Virus record (IMG/VR): IMGVR_UViG_3300021958_000023
Location: 109,520-173,519 of that record
Strand: one strand, 5' to 3'
Length of the DNA stretch: 64,000 nucleotides
From: a virus
Taxonomy: Duplodnaviria; Caudoviricetes
A program made the position numbers and the translations under genes. This document shows, in pieces, positions 6,501 through 16,408 of this stretch (position 1 is its first letter; each line of letters opens with the position of its first letter). The notes under the pieces were generated by a model. It was given only the letters and a program-made list of their open reading frames with translations. It made no database searches and was not told where the DNA came from.

Positions 6501-9500
6501 TTAAATTCCTCTAGCTTCAAACTGTATAGACTCGCCTGTGACAACAGTACCAGTGTTATCATAGATACTAACAGTACAGCTAGTTGTTGTAATACTTCTC
6601 ATAATAATTGTATAAGATCCAGCAGCAGCATTGATTACTTGTCCGTTTACAAAAGGAATATCAACAAAGTCTGCACTGCTATAATCAATTGTTTGGTTTT
6701 CACTTCCAACAGAAACATTTCTAATGAATACTTTATCTTTTAAATCAACAGAGTATCTTAAAGTGTTAAGGTTAAAACTTGCTTTTGCAGGATTACTATT
6801 TTCAACCTTATACCTAATTTGGAAATATCTAAACTCTTTATCAAAACCAGCTACACTAATATAACCATCTCTTGTAGCAGTATTTGTACTAAAAGTAGTA
6901 ATTTGTGTGTTACTGTTAGCATAAAAAGGATTTGCGGCAGAGTATCGAATTTGTACATTCTGGTTTACAATACTAGGATCAACTCCTGCAAAAGTTGATA
7001 CTAAGTCGTCAGTAAACTGATTTAAGTTTACAATTTCATAAGAAACTCCGTTTGTTACTGTGTGGACATTTAGTAAAGCATTAGTAACAGAGTAATCAGC
7101 TCCACTATCTGTAGCCAGTTTACCAGCAGAGTCTTTAATTGGATTACCGTTTGCATAGTAGGCTTGACCTAGTGCAATAGCATTAGCATTAACTACTCCC
7201 GCAATTAATGCAAAAGAATTAGCATTTGACGTATCATCTGCAAACTGTCCAGGATTCCATACAGCGTATACCTTACCGGTAAATTGTGCAGCAGTAATCT
7301 CAGTAGTTAAGTCAATAGGTAGTCCTCCATCTGCTGAAGTTATAGTTTCATTGATTATGTTATCATAAATAACTGAACTTTCTCCAGAAGATAATATTCC
7401 GTGAGGTGCTTCTAACTGAAAATATTTTCCAACTCCATTAGCAGTTGGTTGTCCAATTGTTCCTGAAACATTTCTATCAACTAAAATGTTTCCAACATTT
7501 GAAGGTTCTGTAGAACTAGTTAAAATTACTTCTTTTTGTGAGTTCCAAGTATCTGTCCCGAACGGTTCTCCACTCACCTCTAAAATTACCTTGCCTTTAA
7601 TTAAGCTACCTACATCTCTAACTTGAGTAACATATACTGCATTAGCACTAGCTTGTAGATCGGTTAAGTCAGCTACACTAGACCAACCACTAGCAAAACC
7701 ATTAGCATTATCTACCGCAGTTGAAGTGTAATTAATAGATAACCCACCTGTTGCACTATTTTGGCTTGGATAGTTTCCATGTAAAGCTTCCTCTGCTTCG
7801 TTATCATTAGTAATCGACTGCCCTCTGAAATCTAATGTGAATGATAAATCAGGGTTATCTTCATTATAGGCTTTAAATGTATGTAAATCTGCTGGACGAG
7901 ATGGTTGATATACAGTTCCAACTACAGGACTTCTATTTCCACTAGTATCAACTGCTTGAACCATAAAAGTAGATTCGACAAATGAAGGTATAGGGATAGA
8001 AACAGAGCTAGCTGGAGCCGCAGCAACAGCTATTAAACTAGCTGCTCCAAACTTTTGTAACAGAGTTTCTTCATCGCTCACATCTACTCTTTCAGAAATT
8101 CGTCTTATCTCAAGTTTTTCTAAATCTAGATCTCGTAAACTGCCTGATTCATCTCTTTCTAGTTGCCATGCAAAAATAAGGTTATCTAATAATTGTCCTA
8201 CCTGAAATTGTTTTGGTGCTAAAGGCGGAGTTCTTTTACCTTGAAGTGAGACAGTTTTTTCAACAGAAACACCTTTTATTTCTCCGTTTAGTGGAGTAAC
8301 TCTTACTAGTATTCTATTAGGATTATTTCTTGGTCCTCTATCTAAATTGTTAATAGTAAAACTAATCTTTTCACTACCAGTTTCTAAAGAAGAAGATTGA
8401 TTTGGTACTTTTACAACATTAAAGTTAGTTAAATTAGTAATAACATTCTTATCATCAGCAGCAGTAGTTCTTGTTGATCCTTGTAGTTTATATGCAATTT
8501 CATAATCTGTTACATCTCTAGACTCAATTTTATCGAACTTGACTGTTACTCTAAGAGAGACCCCTCTAATAGCGTCAATAAATAAGCTTTCTTGCACTTC
8601 TAAATTTTGTACTTTAGGAATAGGAATATTTCTGATAAACGCTGCTTGAGTATTAAAAGGACTTCTGCGCTTTGCAGAATTGACATTTCTTGCTCTAAGT
8701 AAAGTTAGTCCGATAGGAACATCTCTGATTACTTTTTCACCTTGGTTACCAAAGAATATATCTTCAAAAGCAGCAGTCGAACTTAAACTATATAGTCCTG
8801 TATTAGCTAGATTAAATTTTCCAGGATAAGTAGTAGTGTTATAACCAAAGCTTAGAGAACCTTTTGTGCCTGTAGTAGTTGTTACGTTAGACACTGTTCC
8901 AATTGGATCTTCTGCAATATTAGTTGCTGTAAAACCTGTTAAATTGGCTCTAGGAGATTCAGAGAGGCGAACTTTATAAACAGTATTAGCAGTTAGTGCA
9001 ACATTGTAATCTACATCTGCGGGATCGTAACTAACATTAGCTATTGAGTATATATTGCCACTCAGAATAGAGATATTATCACCTGCTTCAATTAATGGTT
9101 GTCCATAATACTCTACCTCTGTTCTAATTTTATTAGCAGATGTAGTAGCTCCTGTAATCTTAAAACTATTTAAATCAACAGTCACATAGTTTGTATTATC
9201 AGCATAGTTAAAAGTAGTGTCTAATATCCCGTCTACATATACTTTAATAAAGCTGGCATCTTTAGGAACTACTCCTAGTGGTTGATTAAAAGATGCTGAA
9301 GAAATACCAGTAACAGTATTTTCTTTAATAATTTTTCTTTTTGTTCCTGAAATGTAAACAGAGTTATTCGCTACAAGATTCTTTTCTACTAATTGATTAA
9401 TAGTTACATAAAACGGAGGAGTAGGTAGCTTATCAAATAAAACATCACTACCTGATCTAGAATTTACTACTTCAATATAGTTTGAAACAGTATTATAGGC

Positions 9501-9854
9501 AGATATTTGGTTAGAGTATTGAGTAACTCTAGGTCTAAATGCACTAAAGTTTTCTACGAAAGCATCAGGTGTTTTTTCGTTAATTGGAAATGCTACATAA
9601 TCATGTCCTTTAATTCTGTTTGGAAATAGACTAACGTCATTTACTTCTAATATGTGTTTATGAAAATTCTCATCAAAACAATTATCAAGCGCGTTGACTG
9701 AGAATCTAATATTATTTCCTATTGTAGTAACTGAATCACAAAGTAGCTTAACTTCTCCAATAGTGGTTGTAAAACCATTTTTACCGAAAAGTACAGCAGT
9801 TTCTCCATTTGTAAATGGCTGAACATTAGCTACGTTAAAATTTAAAACTGCCAT
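6501..9854 (-). CDS. Tail tip/host-specificity protein, distal (FNIII-containing) part
   Basis: 1117 aa; FNIII-like motifs (PPLAPKQF...FAWQ...FMVQAVDTSGNRS); directly follows the gpJ-like gene. Confidence 0.7.
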   Translation of the reverse strand: MAVLNFNVANVQPFTNGETAVLFGKNGFTTTIGEVKLLCDSVTTIGNNIRFSVNALDNCFDENFHKHILEVNDVSLFPNRIKGHDYVAFPINEKTPDAFVENFSAFRPRVTQYSNQISAYNTVSNYIEVVNSRSGSDVLFDKLPTPPFYVTINQLVEKNLVANNSVYISGTKRKIIKENTVTGISSASFNQPLGVVPKDASFIKVYVDGILDTTFNYADNTNYVTVDLNSFKITGATTSANKIRTEVEYYGQPLIEAGDNISILSGNIYSIANVSYDPADVDYNVALTANTVYKVRLSESPRANLTGFTATNIAEDPIGTVSNVTTTTGTKGSLSFGYNTTTYPGKFNLANTGLYSLSSTAAFEDIFFGNQGEKVIRDVPIGLTLLRARNVNSAKRRSPFNTQAAFIRNIPIPKVQNLEVQESLFIDAIRGVSLRVTVKFDKIESRDVTDYEIAYKLQGSTRTTAADDKNVITNLTNFNVVKVPNQSSSLETGSEKISFTINNLDRGPRNNPNRILVRVTPLNGEIKGVSVEKTVSLQGKRTPPLAPKQFQVGQLLDNLIFAWQLERDESGSLRDLDLEKLEIRRISERVDVSDEETLLQKFGAASLIAVAAAPASSVSIPIPSFVESTFMVQAVDTSGNRSPVVGTVYQPSRPADLHTFKAYNEDNPDLSFTLDFRGQSITNDNEAEEALHGNYPSQNSATGGLSINYTSTAVDNANGFASGWSSVADLTDLQASANAVYVTQVRDVGSLIKGKVILEVSGEPFGTDTWNSQKEVILTSSTEPSNVGNILVDRNVSGTIGQPTANGVGKYFQLEAPHGILSSGESSVIYDNIINETITSADGGLPIDLTTEITAAQFTGKVYAVWNPGQFADDTSNANSFALIAGVVNANAIALGQAYYANGNPIKDSAGKLATDSGADYSVTNALLNVHTVTNGVSYEIVNLNQFTDDLVSTFAGVDPSIVNQNVQIRYSAANPFYANSNTQITTFSTNTATRDGYISVAGFDKEFRYFQIRYKVENSNPAKASFNLNTLRYSVDLKDKVFIRNVSVGSENQTIDYSSADFVDIPFVNGQVINAAAGSYTIIMRSITTTSCTVSIYDNTGTVVTGESIQFEARGI

Positions 9855-12406
9855 TAAGTTAAGCCCTCTATTTCAGAAAATCCATCTGGTCTAGCTATTT
9901 GATATTCTGTAGCTACATGAATTGGATAATCGGTTAAGTTAGTAGCGTCTGACACTAATAAATCATATCTTACAGTGCCATCTTCATTTTTTCTCACAAC
10001 TAACTCTGTATTTAAATTTGGTGCTACAGGAGGTTTAAGAGGACTAAATGTAGGCTTATACTGTACAGGAAGATAGGCTATTTCCGTTTCAGAATCCGTA
10101 TATACATTTGATATATATTCCATCGCACTGATTTTAATTACTTCTTCGCCATCTCTTTTAATTTCAGTAATCTTAAATAATTTATCTGAAGTATTAGAGT
10201 AGAAATCAGAAGGATTAGTCTCTCCTAGTGTCCAAACATCTCCTTTTACAGGAGCAGTATTAGCATCAAAACCAGAAAAAGATTGAAACGTTTTAGTAGA
10301 TAAATCAAACTTACTAGTTGCTACAAAATCTATAAAGTCTAATCCAGAACTTACATTTTGATTTGCTACTTCAGTTGTTTGATAATTTTGACCGTTTGCA
10401 TAAGTTCCTTTATGTATATTTTTAACATAAGTAGTTGTACCAGATTGAAAGTTTGTATTAGATAAGATATATAAATCAGTACGATCCGAGTTTTGTTTTG
10501 TAATTCTAAGTGCCAAAGGCAGTGTATTAGCTGTAATAGTGTTATTTGTAATAGCAGGGCTTGAAAAGTGTTCAATATATACATTTGATGTTGATAATGA
10601 AGTATTAGCTCTTACCTTACCACCATAACCCCAAGAAGTTCCTGTTTGTTTTTGTTGAACAGCAATAATATCTCCTGGAATTAAATCTATAGCAGAAATA
10701 TCTGTACCAAAAGTAATATTTCTTCTTAAATACTTATTAGATGCTAGTAAGTATTGTGCAAAACGAATAGCTTGACTTCTGCGAGTAACTCCAAACAAAT
10801 CTACAGAAGAAACATTTTCAATCATATTTCTTTCACGAAGAGCTTTATCATCATCAATTCTCATTGTTTCTCTATTATAATGATTATTAGGCTCTATAAA
10901 GGTTACATCAACTCCTGTTATTTGTGCAGATTCGCTTGTGCCGCTAATAGTAAATGACTCTTTTAGAATATTAGCCTCATTAAATATCATTGAAGGTACT
11001 TCATTAGGCATATCAATATTCATAGATAAACCATTTGGAGTATATATTAAAATGGCTCTCATTGTTGCACAAACTTGTTCTAATATATCAAAAGCTTTTC
11101 CACTATTAGAAATAATAGCATCTAAAATAAATCTTCTTTCTTTTACATCAGTTCCTACAGGCAGTCCTTCTAGTGTTTGTCTTGGGCTAGCATAGTAGGT
11201 TCTTGGTTTATATCTATAGCTGCCATCTGCTTTACCAGTAACTCCAACAAATTTTCCTGTTATAGGATCACAAGCGTCACAGTATTGTGCTACTTCGTAA
11301 AATTTATACTTATCTATGTTTTCTTCATTAATACCTAATCCATAAGTATCATTAGTTAATAAATCATAGATAATCCAAACAGGATTCTGTGTCCATGAGT
11401 ATCTAAAAGTACCGTCCCATACTCCTCTGTATATTGTAGGTTGGGAATATTTTACTGTACTATCTGTACTAGTTTGTCTATAACCTGTTATCCCATAACT
11501 ATATTGCCCTGAAGCAGGAGTTTCAATCTCTCTCCAATCGATTTCTCCATTTTGTAAAATAGGTTGATCATAGTTTGAAGGAACCTTAACCAACAACCCC
11601 TTAACTATAGAAGTAAAACGAGGCACCGCTCCTTGATATTCATTATGGGCTGCAAGTGAATATCCGATTACAGCTGTTCTTGGATAGGCTACAGGATCGT
11701 GATCAATCTCTAACCAAGCTACAGCTGAAATACCGTCTACTATACGAGAGCTTTCACTATCATTGCTGGTTTTTTCAATAGTAAACTTATACCCTCCAGT
11801 ATCATAGTTTTGAATCGTAACTTCTACATCAAACTTATATGGAGTGTTTGTTTTTCCTCTAATAGTTCTATCTACTGGATCCGCCGCAAGAGTTACTCCA
11901 TCGCTTTTAAATACTGTTATACGAATACTAACAGAATGATTTTTAACATTACCTTTTTCATCCATATTAGATAAAGCATTTAATACAAATTTAAAACGAA
12001 GTGAATCCCATGCAAAAGCTGAAGTTTCTTGTAATTCTACTTTAGTTGCAGGCACTCCATCAAGATTACCTTTTTTTAATAATACAGCAGAGGCAAAGTT
12101 CTGTGGTTGAGTAGTTTCTTCTCCAAATAGTGGAATTGCTGTTTGATTTACAGTACCTACACGAGAATCTGTGACAAAATCCTCTGTTTTCTGATTACCT
12201 GAATCAAAATCAATGAAGGCATCAACTACTGATTCGTTTATTTCAATATCAAAAATACTGTTAGGGTTAATTCTATATATAGGCCCTTCACTTAATCCTG
12301 CTGTCATAAGCATGATATCTTGAGAGAATAGATTATTATCTACCTCAGTGGCTCCGCCTCCACCACCCTTTCCTCCTTTATAACCGCTTACTTCATAAAT
12401 CTTCAT
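9854..12406 (-). CDS. Central tail tip protein, lambda gpJ (TipJ)-like hub
   Basis: SGYKGGKGGG start, LSEGPI, YPRTA, WDGTFRYSWTQNPVWIIYDLLTNDTYGLG, GVTRRSQAIR motifs. Confidence 0.85.
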   Translation of the reverse strand: MKIYEVSGYKGGKGGGGGATEVDNNLFSQDIMLMTAGLSEGPIYRINPNSIFDIEINESVVDAFIDFDSGNQKTEDFVTDSRVGTVNQTAIPLFGEETTQPQNFASAVLLKKGNLDGVPATKVELQETSAFAWDSLRFKFVLNALSNMDEKGNVKNHSVSIRITVFKSDGVTLAADPVDRTIRGKTNTPYKFDVEVTIQNYDTGGYKFTIEKTSNDSESSRIVDGISAVAWLEIDHDPVAYPRTAVIGYSLAAHNEYQGAVPRFTSIVKGLLVKVPSNYDQPILQNGEIDWREIETPASGQYSYGITGYRQTSTDSTVKYSQPTIYRGVWDGTFRYSWTQNPVWIIYDLLTNDTYGLGINEENIDKYKFYEVAQYCDACDPITGKFVGVTGKADGSYRYKPRTYYASPRQTLEGLPVGTDVKERRFILDAIISNSGKAFDILEQVCATMRAILIYTPNGLSMNIDMPNEVPSMIFNEANILKESFTISGTSESAQITGVDVTFIEPNNHYNRETMRIDDDKALRERNMIENVSSVDLFGVTRRSQAIRFAQYLLASNKYLRRNITFGTDISAIDLIPGDIIAVQQKQTGTSWGYGGKVRANTSLSTSNVYIEHFSSPAITNNTITANTLPLALRITKQNSDRTDLYILSNTNFQSGTTTYVKNIHKGTYANGQNYQTTEVANQNVSSGLDFIDFVATSKFDLSTKTFQSFSGFDANTAPVKGDVWTLGETNPSDFYSNTSDKLFKITEIKRDGEEVIKISAMEYISNVYTDSETEIAYLPVQYKPTFSPLKPPVAPNLNTELVVRKNEDGTVRYDLLVSDATNLTDYPIHVATEYQIARPDGFSEIEGLT

Positions 12407-13083
12407 AGCACCTTACCTTCAAATAGTTCTTTTAATATATCTGCTGAAGATTTATCAGGAGACTTTTCAAGTGTTCTAATTTCTCCACTTAAAAATTGAC
12501 CTGCTACTCTGTGTCTGCCATAAACTAATGGAATAGTAGTACCAGAGGCAGTGGTGTGTTGTAAAGATCCAAATTGATCATTTTCTCTTACAGGGCCATC
12601 AGGAGTATTGTCTGGTTTAGGTGGTTTCATAATTTCAGCAACTACTGCTCCAATTAACATACTAACACCTGCTCCAAATACCATACCACCTACTGTTGTA
12701 GCACCTACTGCCATTTCTAATAATGGTGCTGCAAATGCTGGATTCATTATAGCAACTGTAATTAAAGCTATACCAATTAAAGCGGTAGTTAAGTTTTGAT
12801 TTTTTGATCCTGCTACAAGAGGAACCAAAAACAATCTATTAGATGAGACTTTCTTTCTAAAGTAATCTAAAGAAGTTAAAACTTTTTCAGAAACTAAATC
12901 TATTAGACCAAAATTATCAGTATTCTTAGAGTTTTTAATTTGTTTTATTACTTTTCTTAACTTAGGAAAAGATGCTTCAAGTGCAGAAATAAGTTGAGAA
13001 TAAGTAACTACATCAAATGTTACTTCTCGCGTATCATTTGTATAAGATAATAAGCTTTTATGAAATGATATAGTTACTTTCAT
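12403..13083 (-). CDS. Tail assembly protein, lambda gpI-like
   Basis: Ubiquitin-like N-domain ending LVPLVAGS, hydrophobic Gly-rich segment, GTTIPLVYGRHRVAG. Confidence 0.8.
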   Translation of the reverse strand: MKVTISFHKSLLSYTNDTREVTFDVVTYSQLISALEASFPKLRKVIKQIKNSKNTDNFGLIDLVSEKVLTSLDYFRKKVSSNRLFLVPLVAGSKNQNLTTALIGIALITVAIMNPAFAAPLLEMAVGATTVGGMVFGAGVSMLIGAVVAEIMKPPKPDNTPDGPVRENDQFGSLQHTTASGTTIPLVYGRHRVAGQFLSGEIRTLEKSPDKSSADILKELFEGKVL

Positions 13084-13445
13084 CTTAACATCTCTTCTTC
13101 TAAAGGTTTAAATCTTGTGCTTTGTAGATCTTTATCGAACCAATATAGATATATATCATCTTCCCAACCAACTAAATAGTTATACTCCTCATTAGCTATC
13201 TTATGTCCGTCTAAAACAGAAGGAGTAGGTTCATCATCTGGATGAGAGTGAAATACCCCCCAACAATCATCTTCGTAACGAACTAATGCCATTGGGTCTA
13301 AAACAAAACTATTTATAGGATCACGACTCAAGTTCTTACAAGGAATATAGTCAAAGCTCTTTGTTATAATACCACAACACTCATTTGGATATTCTTTTGC
13401 AGCATGTTTTTTAAACTGTTCTTTTAAAAGTTGAAGTTTTTCCAT
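13080..13445 (-). CDS. JAB/MPN-domain protein (gpK N-terminal-like)
   Basis: EYPNECCG and FHSHPDDEPTPSVLD JAMM motif. Confidence 0.85.
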   Translation of the reverse strand: MEKLQLLKEQFKKHAAKEYPNECCGIITKSFDYIPCKNLSRDPINSFVLDPMALVRYEDDCWGVFHSHPDDEPTPSVLDGHKIANEEYNYLVGWEDDIYLYWFDKDLQSTRFKPLEEEMLR

Positions 13446-13858
13446 CTAAACTTACCTGTCGTATATCTTTGATACCATTTACCGTATGGTGCTATCCAAG
13501 AATTATGATTAATCATTGTTTGAAGCATCTTGCCGTTACCTATATAAAGCGAACAATGATTTGATATATTTGTACTTCCTATACTCATTATTATTATATC
13601 AAATGGTTGTAAATTGTCAACCTCAATCATACCATACTTTTCATTTTTAAAAAACTCATCAAAAATATGTTGATGAGTTTTCTTGTACCAATCTTCGTCT
13701 ACAATATCACAAAAGTCAGAAGTTTTATAGCCAACATCTTCTCCTGTTTGCTCTTTAATTACGGTAGCACATAAATTACCACAATCTATCCCTTTTTCTA
13801 TACTAGCACCTAAATGTCTATATGGAATATCTAAATATCTTGTAATCCATGTAGGCAT
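13424..13858 (-). CDS. NlpC/P60 protein (gpK C-terminal-like)
   Basis: YLDIPY...GIDCGNL and NHCSLYIGNG catalytic motifs; start uncertain (MPTW at 13858 preferred). Confidence 0.8.
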   Translation of the reverse strand: MPTWITRYLDIPYRHLGASIEKGIDCGNLCATVIKEQTGEDVGYKTSDFCDIVDEDWYKKTHQHIFDEFFKNEKYGMIEVDNLQPFDIIIMSIGSTNISNHCSLYIGNGKMLQTMINHNSWIAPYGKWYQRYTTGKFRWKNFNF

Positions 13859-13880
13859 TGTTTGTAAAGCATTTTCATAC

Positions 13881-15398
13881 TTACTTCGGTAATGTTCTCC
13901 CTGTTCCAATAAACCCCCCAAAATGTATCTGATTATTTCTTAAACTACAAGCCTCATAGTTTTTAGCGCAAACATCTTCTGATTGTTCGCTAGTAGTTGC
14001 GTTATTAATAGTAAAAAATCCATTAGCAGTTTTTGTTTTTCCAGTTGGATAACCTGCTATTTGTCCTGTCCCATCGGCAGGATACTGACATTCTTCTCCT
14101 TTATAGATCCATTGACAAGTATTTTTATAGTATTTTCTTCTTGGTAAAACAAATTTAAAATACTCTAACCAATTAGTTAAACTAAAAGATGCAGCTTTTT
14201 CATTCAAACCAGTTAATGTTTCTATTTTGAATACGTCTTCTACATATGCTTGACTATCTCTATCTGGATTAACAATATAAACTCTATCACCAATAACAGT
14301 ATCTATTGCATTTTCAAGTTGTAAAAAGTTACCTCTTACTTCTTTAACAATAGAATGTTTTGTAGTACTACCCGCAACTATAACATTATCACCTACTCTA
14401 TAAGGTAAAGAAGAATACATCTCTACTACATTAGCACGTGTTTCTCTTACAGTACTATACTCAGGCCAATAGTCTAAACAAGAAGCAAAAGTAGTTTTTA
14501 CCTCAACAACAGCCCCTAATAAGTCTCTAGAGTCTTGCTTTAGTTGTTTCCAAGTTCCTCCAACTGCTTGTGTTTGTCCATAAGTAAACGCTGAATTGAT
14601 AGTACCGCCGTACACTCCATCCACAACAGTTTGATTATAGTCTGTATGAGTTGGAACAGTTCTAGGATCAATATTAGAAACTAGTTGTCCATTTACTGTA
14701 GCATATACAGAATTACTTGTATTGTTACCAGCAATATAAGGATCTTCTACAATTGATGCTATGAGATTGTCAAAATTTGAAATATTTACTGTAGTTTGAT
14801 TTACCATTCCATCAGAGCCTATTTCTGTACCGCCAAACTCTATTGGATAAACTAAATATTCTTTTCCATCATGAAAAGAACGATATTCAATGTCTGATAA
14901 GAAATCACCGTTTATAGATGCAAAATGATAAGGAAATCCTACAGGCCAAGCTAATCCTTCTCCGGCATTTGAAGGATTACCATATTTATTAGGGGGATAG
15001 AATTCTCCAGAATAATAGATAGATATTAGTCTAACTATAGGTGACTGTTCTACAGCATTTTTAAAAGAGGTAAAACCACCAAGAGTAACATCTGTTATAC
15101 TTCTAGTAGAGGTTCCGCTTGTTGTACTGTATTTAGTTGGAGTAAAAGTTAAATTACCAAAGTCAAGAGTTGTATTACCTCCAGTGGTAGATACCGACTG
15201 AATACTAACACTTTCTCCTGCTTCAAAAGCATAATAAGAATTAGCTAGTTTTACTTTTACTTGACTATTTGCTCTATCTACATTTACAATACGGGCTTCA
15301 GTAGAAGAAGAACTTCCAACTATTACATTATCTTTAAAATAACTGTTTAGATTACCGCCTGATAAAGTTAAGGTGTAATCATAAGCACGACTAGACAT
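13881..15398 (-). CDS. Minor tail protein, lambda gpL-like (C-terminal 4-Cys motif)
   Basis: LPRRKYYKNTCQWIYKGEECQY...DVCAKNYEACSLR...FGGFIG. Confidence 0.8.
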   Translation of the reverse strand: MSSRAYDYTLTLSGGNLNSYFKDNVIVGSSSSTEARIVNVDRANSQVKVKLANSYYAFEAGESVSIQSVSTTGGNTTLDFGNLTFTPTKYSTTSGTSTRSITDVTLGGFTSFKNAVEQSPIVRLISIYYSGEFYPPNKYGNPSNAGEGLAWPVGFPYHFASINGDFLSDIEYRSFHDGKEYLVYPIEFGGTEIGSDGMVNQTTVNISNFDNLIASIVEDPYIAGNNTSNSVYATVNGQLVSNIDPRTVPTHTDYNQTVVDGVYGGTINSAFTYGQTQAVGGTWKQLKQDSRDLLGAVVEVKTTFASCLDYWPEYSTVRETRANVVEMYSSLPYRVGDNVIVAGSTTKHSIVKEVRGNFLQLENAIDTVIGDRVYIVNPDRDSQAYVEDVFKIETLTGLNEKAASFSLTNWLEYFKFVLPRRKYYKNTCQWIYKGEECQYPADGTGQIAGYPTGKTKTANGFFTINNATTSEQSEDVCAKNYEACSLRNNQIHFGGFIGTGRTLPK

Positions 15399-16408
15399 TA
15401 ATCAAATACCTCTACTAAATCAAAACCAACAGAATAAAAATTATCAATAGGATTTGTACCAGCAGAGAGAACTTGTCTAATATCTAAATTGCTATCAAAA
15501 CGAACTGTAATAGTTCCTGGCTCATTAATATGTGTTAGTTCAAATAAAAATGCTTCAAAACCACCTGATCTAGCACGATAGAATTCTTCAATAGCGGATT
15601 TAACAATTCCTGTGACATTAGTATACTCTATAGAAAACTTTCTCTTTGGTCTTCTACTTATAAGTCTTCTTTTTTCGTATCCTGCCTGAAATTCAGCTGT
15701 TTTATAGTTATATTCTTCTGAGAATTGAATTCCTGAGCGATCAGGTTTTTTATCTGCCATTGAATCTAAACGAGAAATTACCTTCTCTTTATTGAAAGTT
15801 GTAAGAGACAGAGTATTAACACCGCCGGTAGGATCAGCTGTTGTATTAGATAAAGGAATTGTAGCAGCTGTGTCTGAGCCAATATTTATTCCTTGTGATC
15901 CTAGTGTTGAGGATGGGTACGTAAATTCTGAAGCATTTTGAGTAACACCGTCTATTGATACAAGAATATCATCTTTTACATCTATTTTACTGTTTTCTGG
16001 AAGAGCAAAATGAAGTTGATTGCCATCAATTGCAAAACTATTACTAGATACTGTAACATTTGCTCCAGAGTATGTAATAGTTTTAACATCGGGGAAAGCA
16101 CGAAGTATCTCAAATGAGGGAGGAATTCTAATAACACGTAATTCTACATTAAGACCTAAACCAGGAGCGTCATCGAATACGATTGTATTTTTTAAACTTG
16201 TATTTAAAGTATTAGTATTACTTAAAGAGTAAGCACTAGTAGACTGAGGCACACCCTCAACAACAGCAACAACTTCGCCAACTTTTTCAGCAGGTTCTGA
16301 TAAATTAAATGCTGTTTGAGTACTTGTACCTGTATAGTTTATTCTAGATAAAGCAGGGATTAATAGAGGATTAAATGTTGCATCGTTTGGATATCTTGCT
16401 GTTGCCAT
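15398..16408 (-). CDS. Distal tail protein (Dit/gpM-like) with N-terminal accessory beta-domains
   Basis: Follows the tape measure; C-terminal GYEKRR...IEEFYRARSGGFEAFLF...VRFD; N-terminal VxVDGVxQ modules. Confidence 0.7.
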   Translation of the reverse strand: MATARYPNDATFNPLLIPALSRINYTGTSTQTAFNLSEPAEKVGEVVAVVEGVPQSTSAYSLSNTNTLNTSLKNTIVFDDAPGLGLNVELRVIRIPPSFEILRAFPDVKTITYSGANVTVSSNSFAIDGNQLHFALPENSKIDVKDDILVSIDGVTQNASEFTYPSSTLGSQGINIGSDTAATIPLSNTTADPTGGVNTLSLTTFNKEKVISRLDSMADKKPDRSGIQFSEEYNYKTAEFQAGYEKRRLISRRPKRKFSIEYTNVTGIVKSAIEEFYRARSGGFEAFLFELTHINEPGTITVRFDSNLDIRQVLSAGTNPIDNFYSVGFDLVEVFD

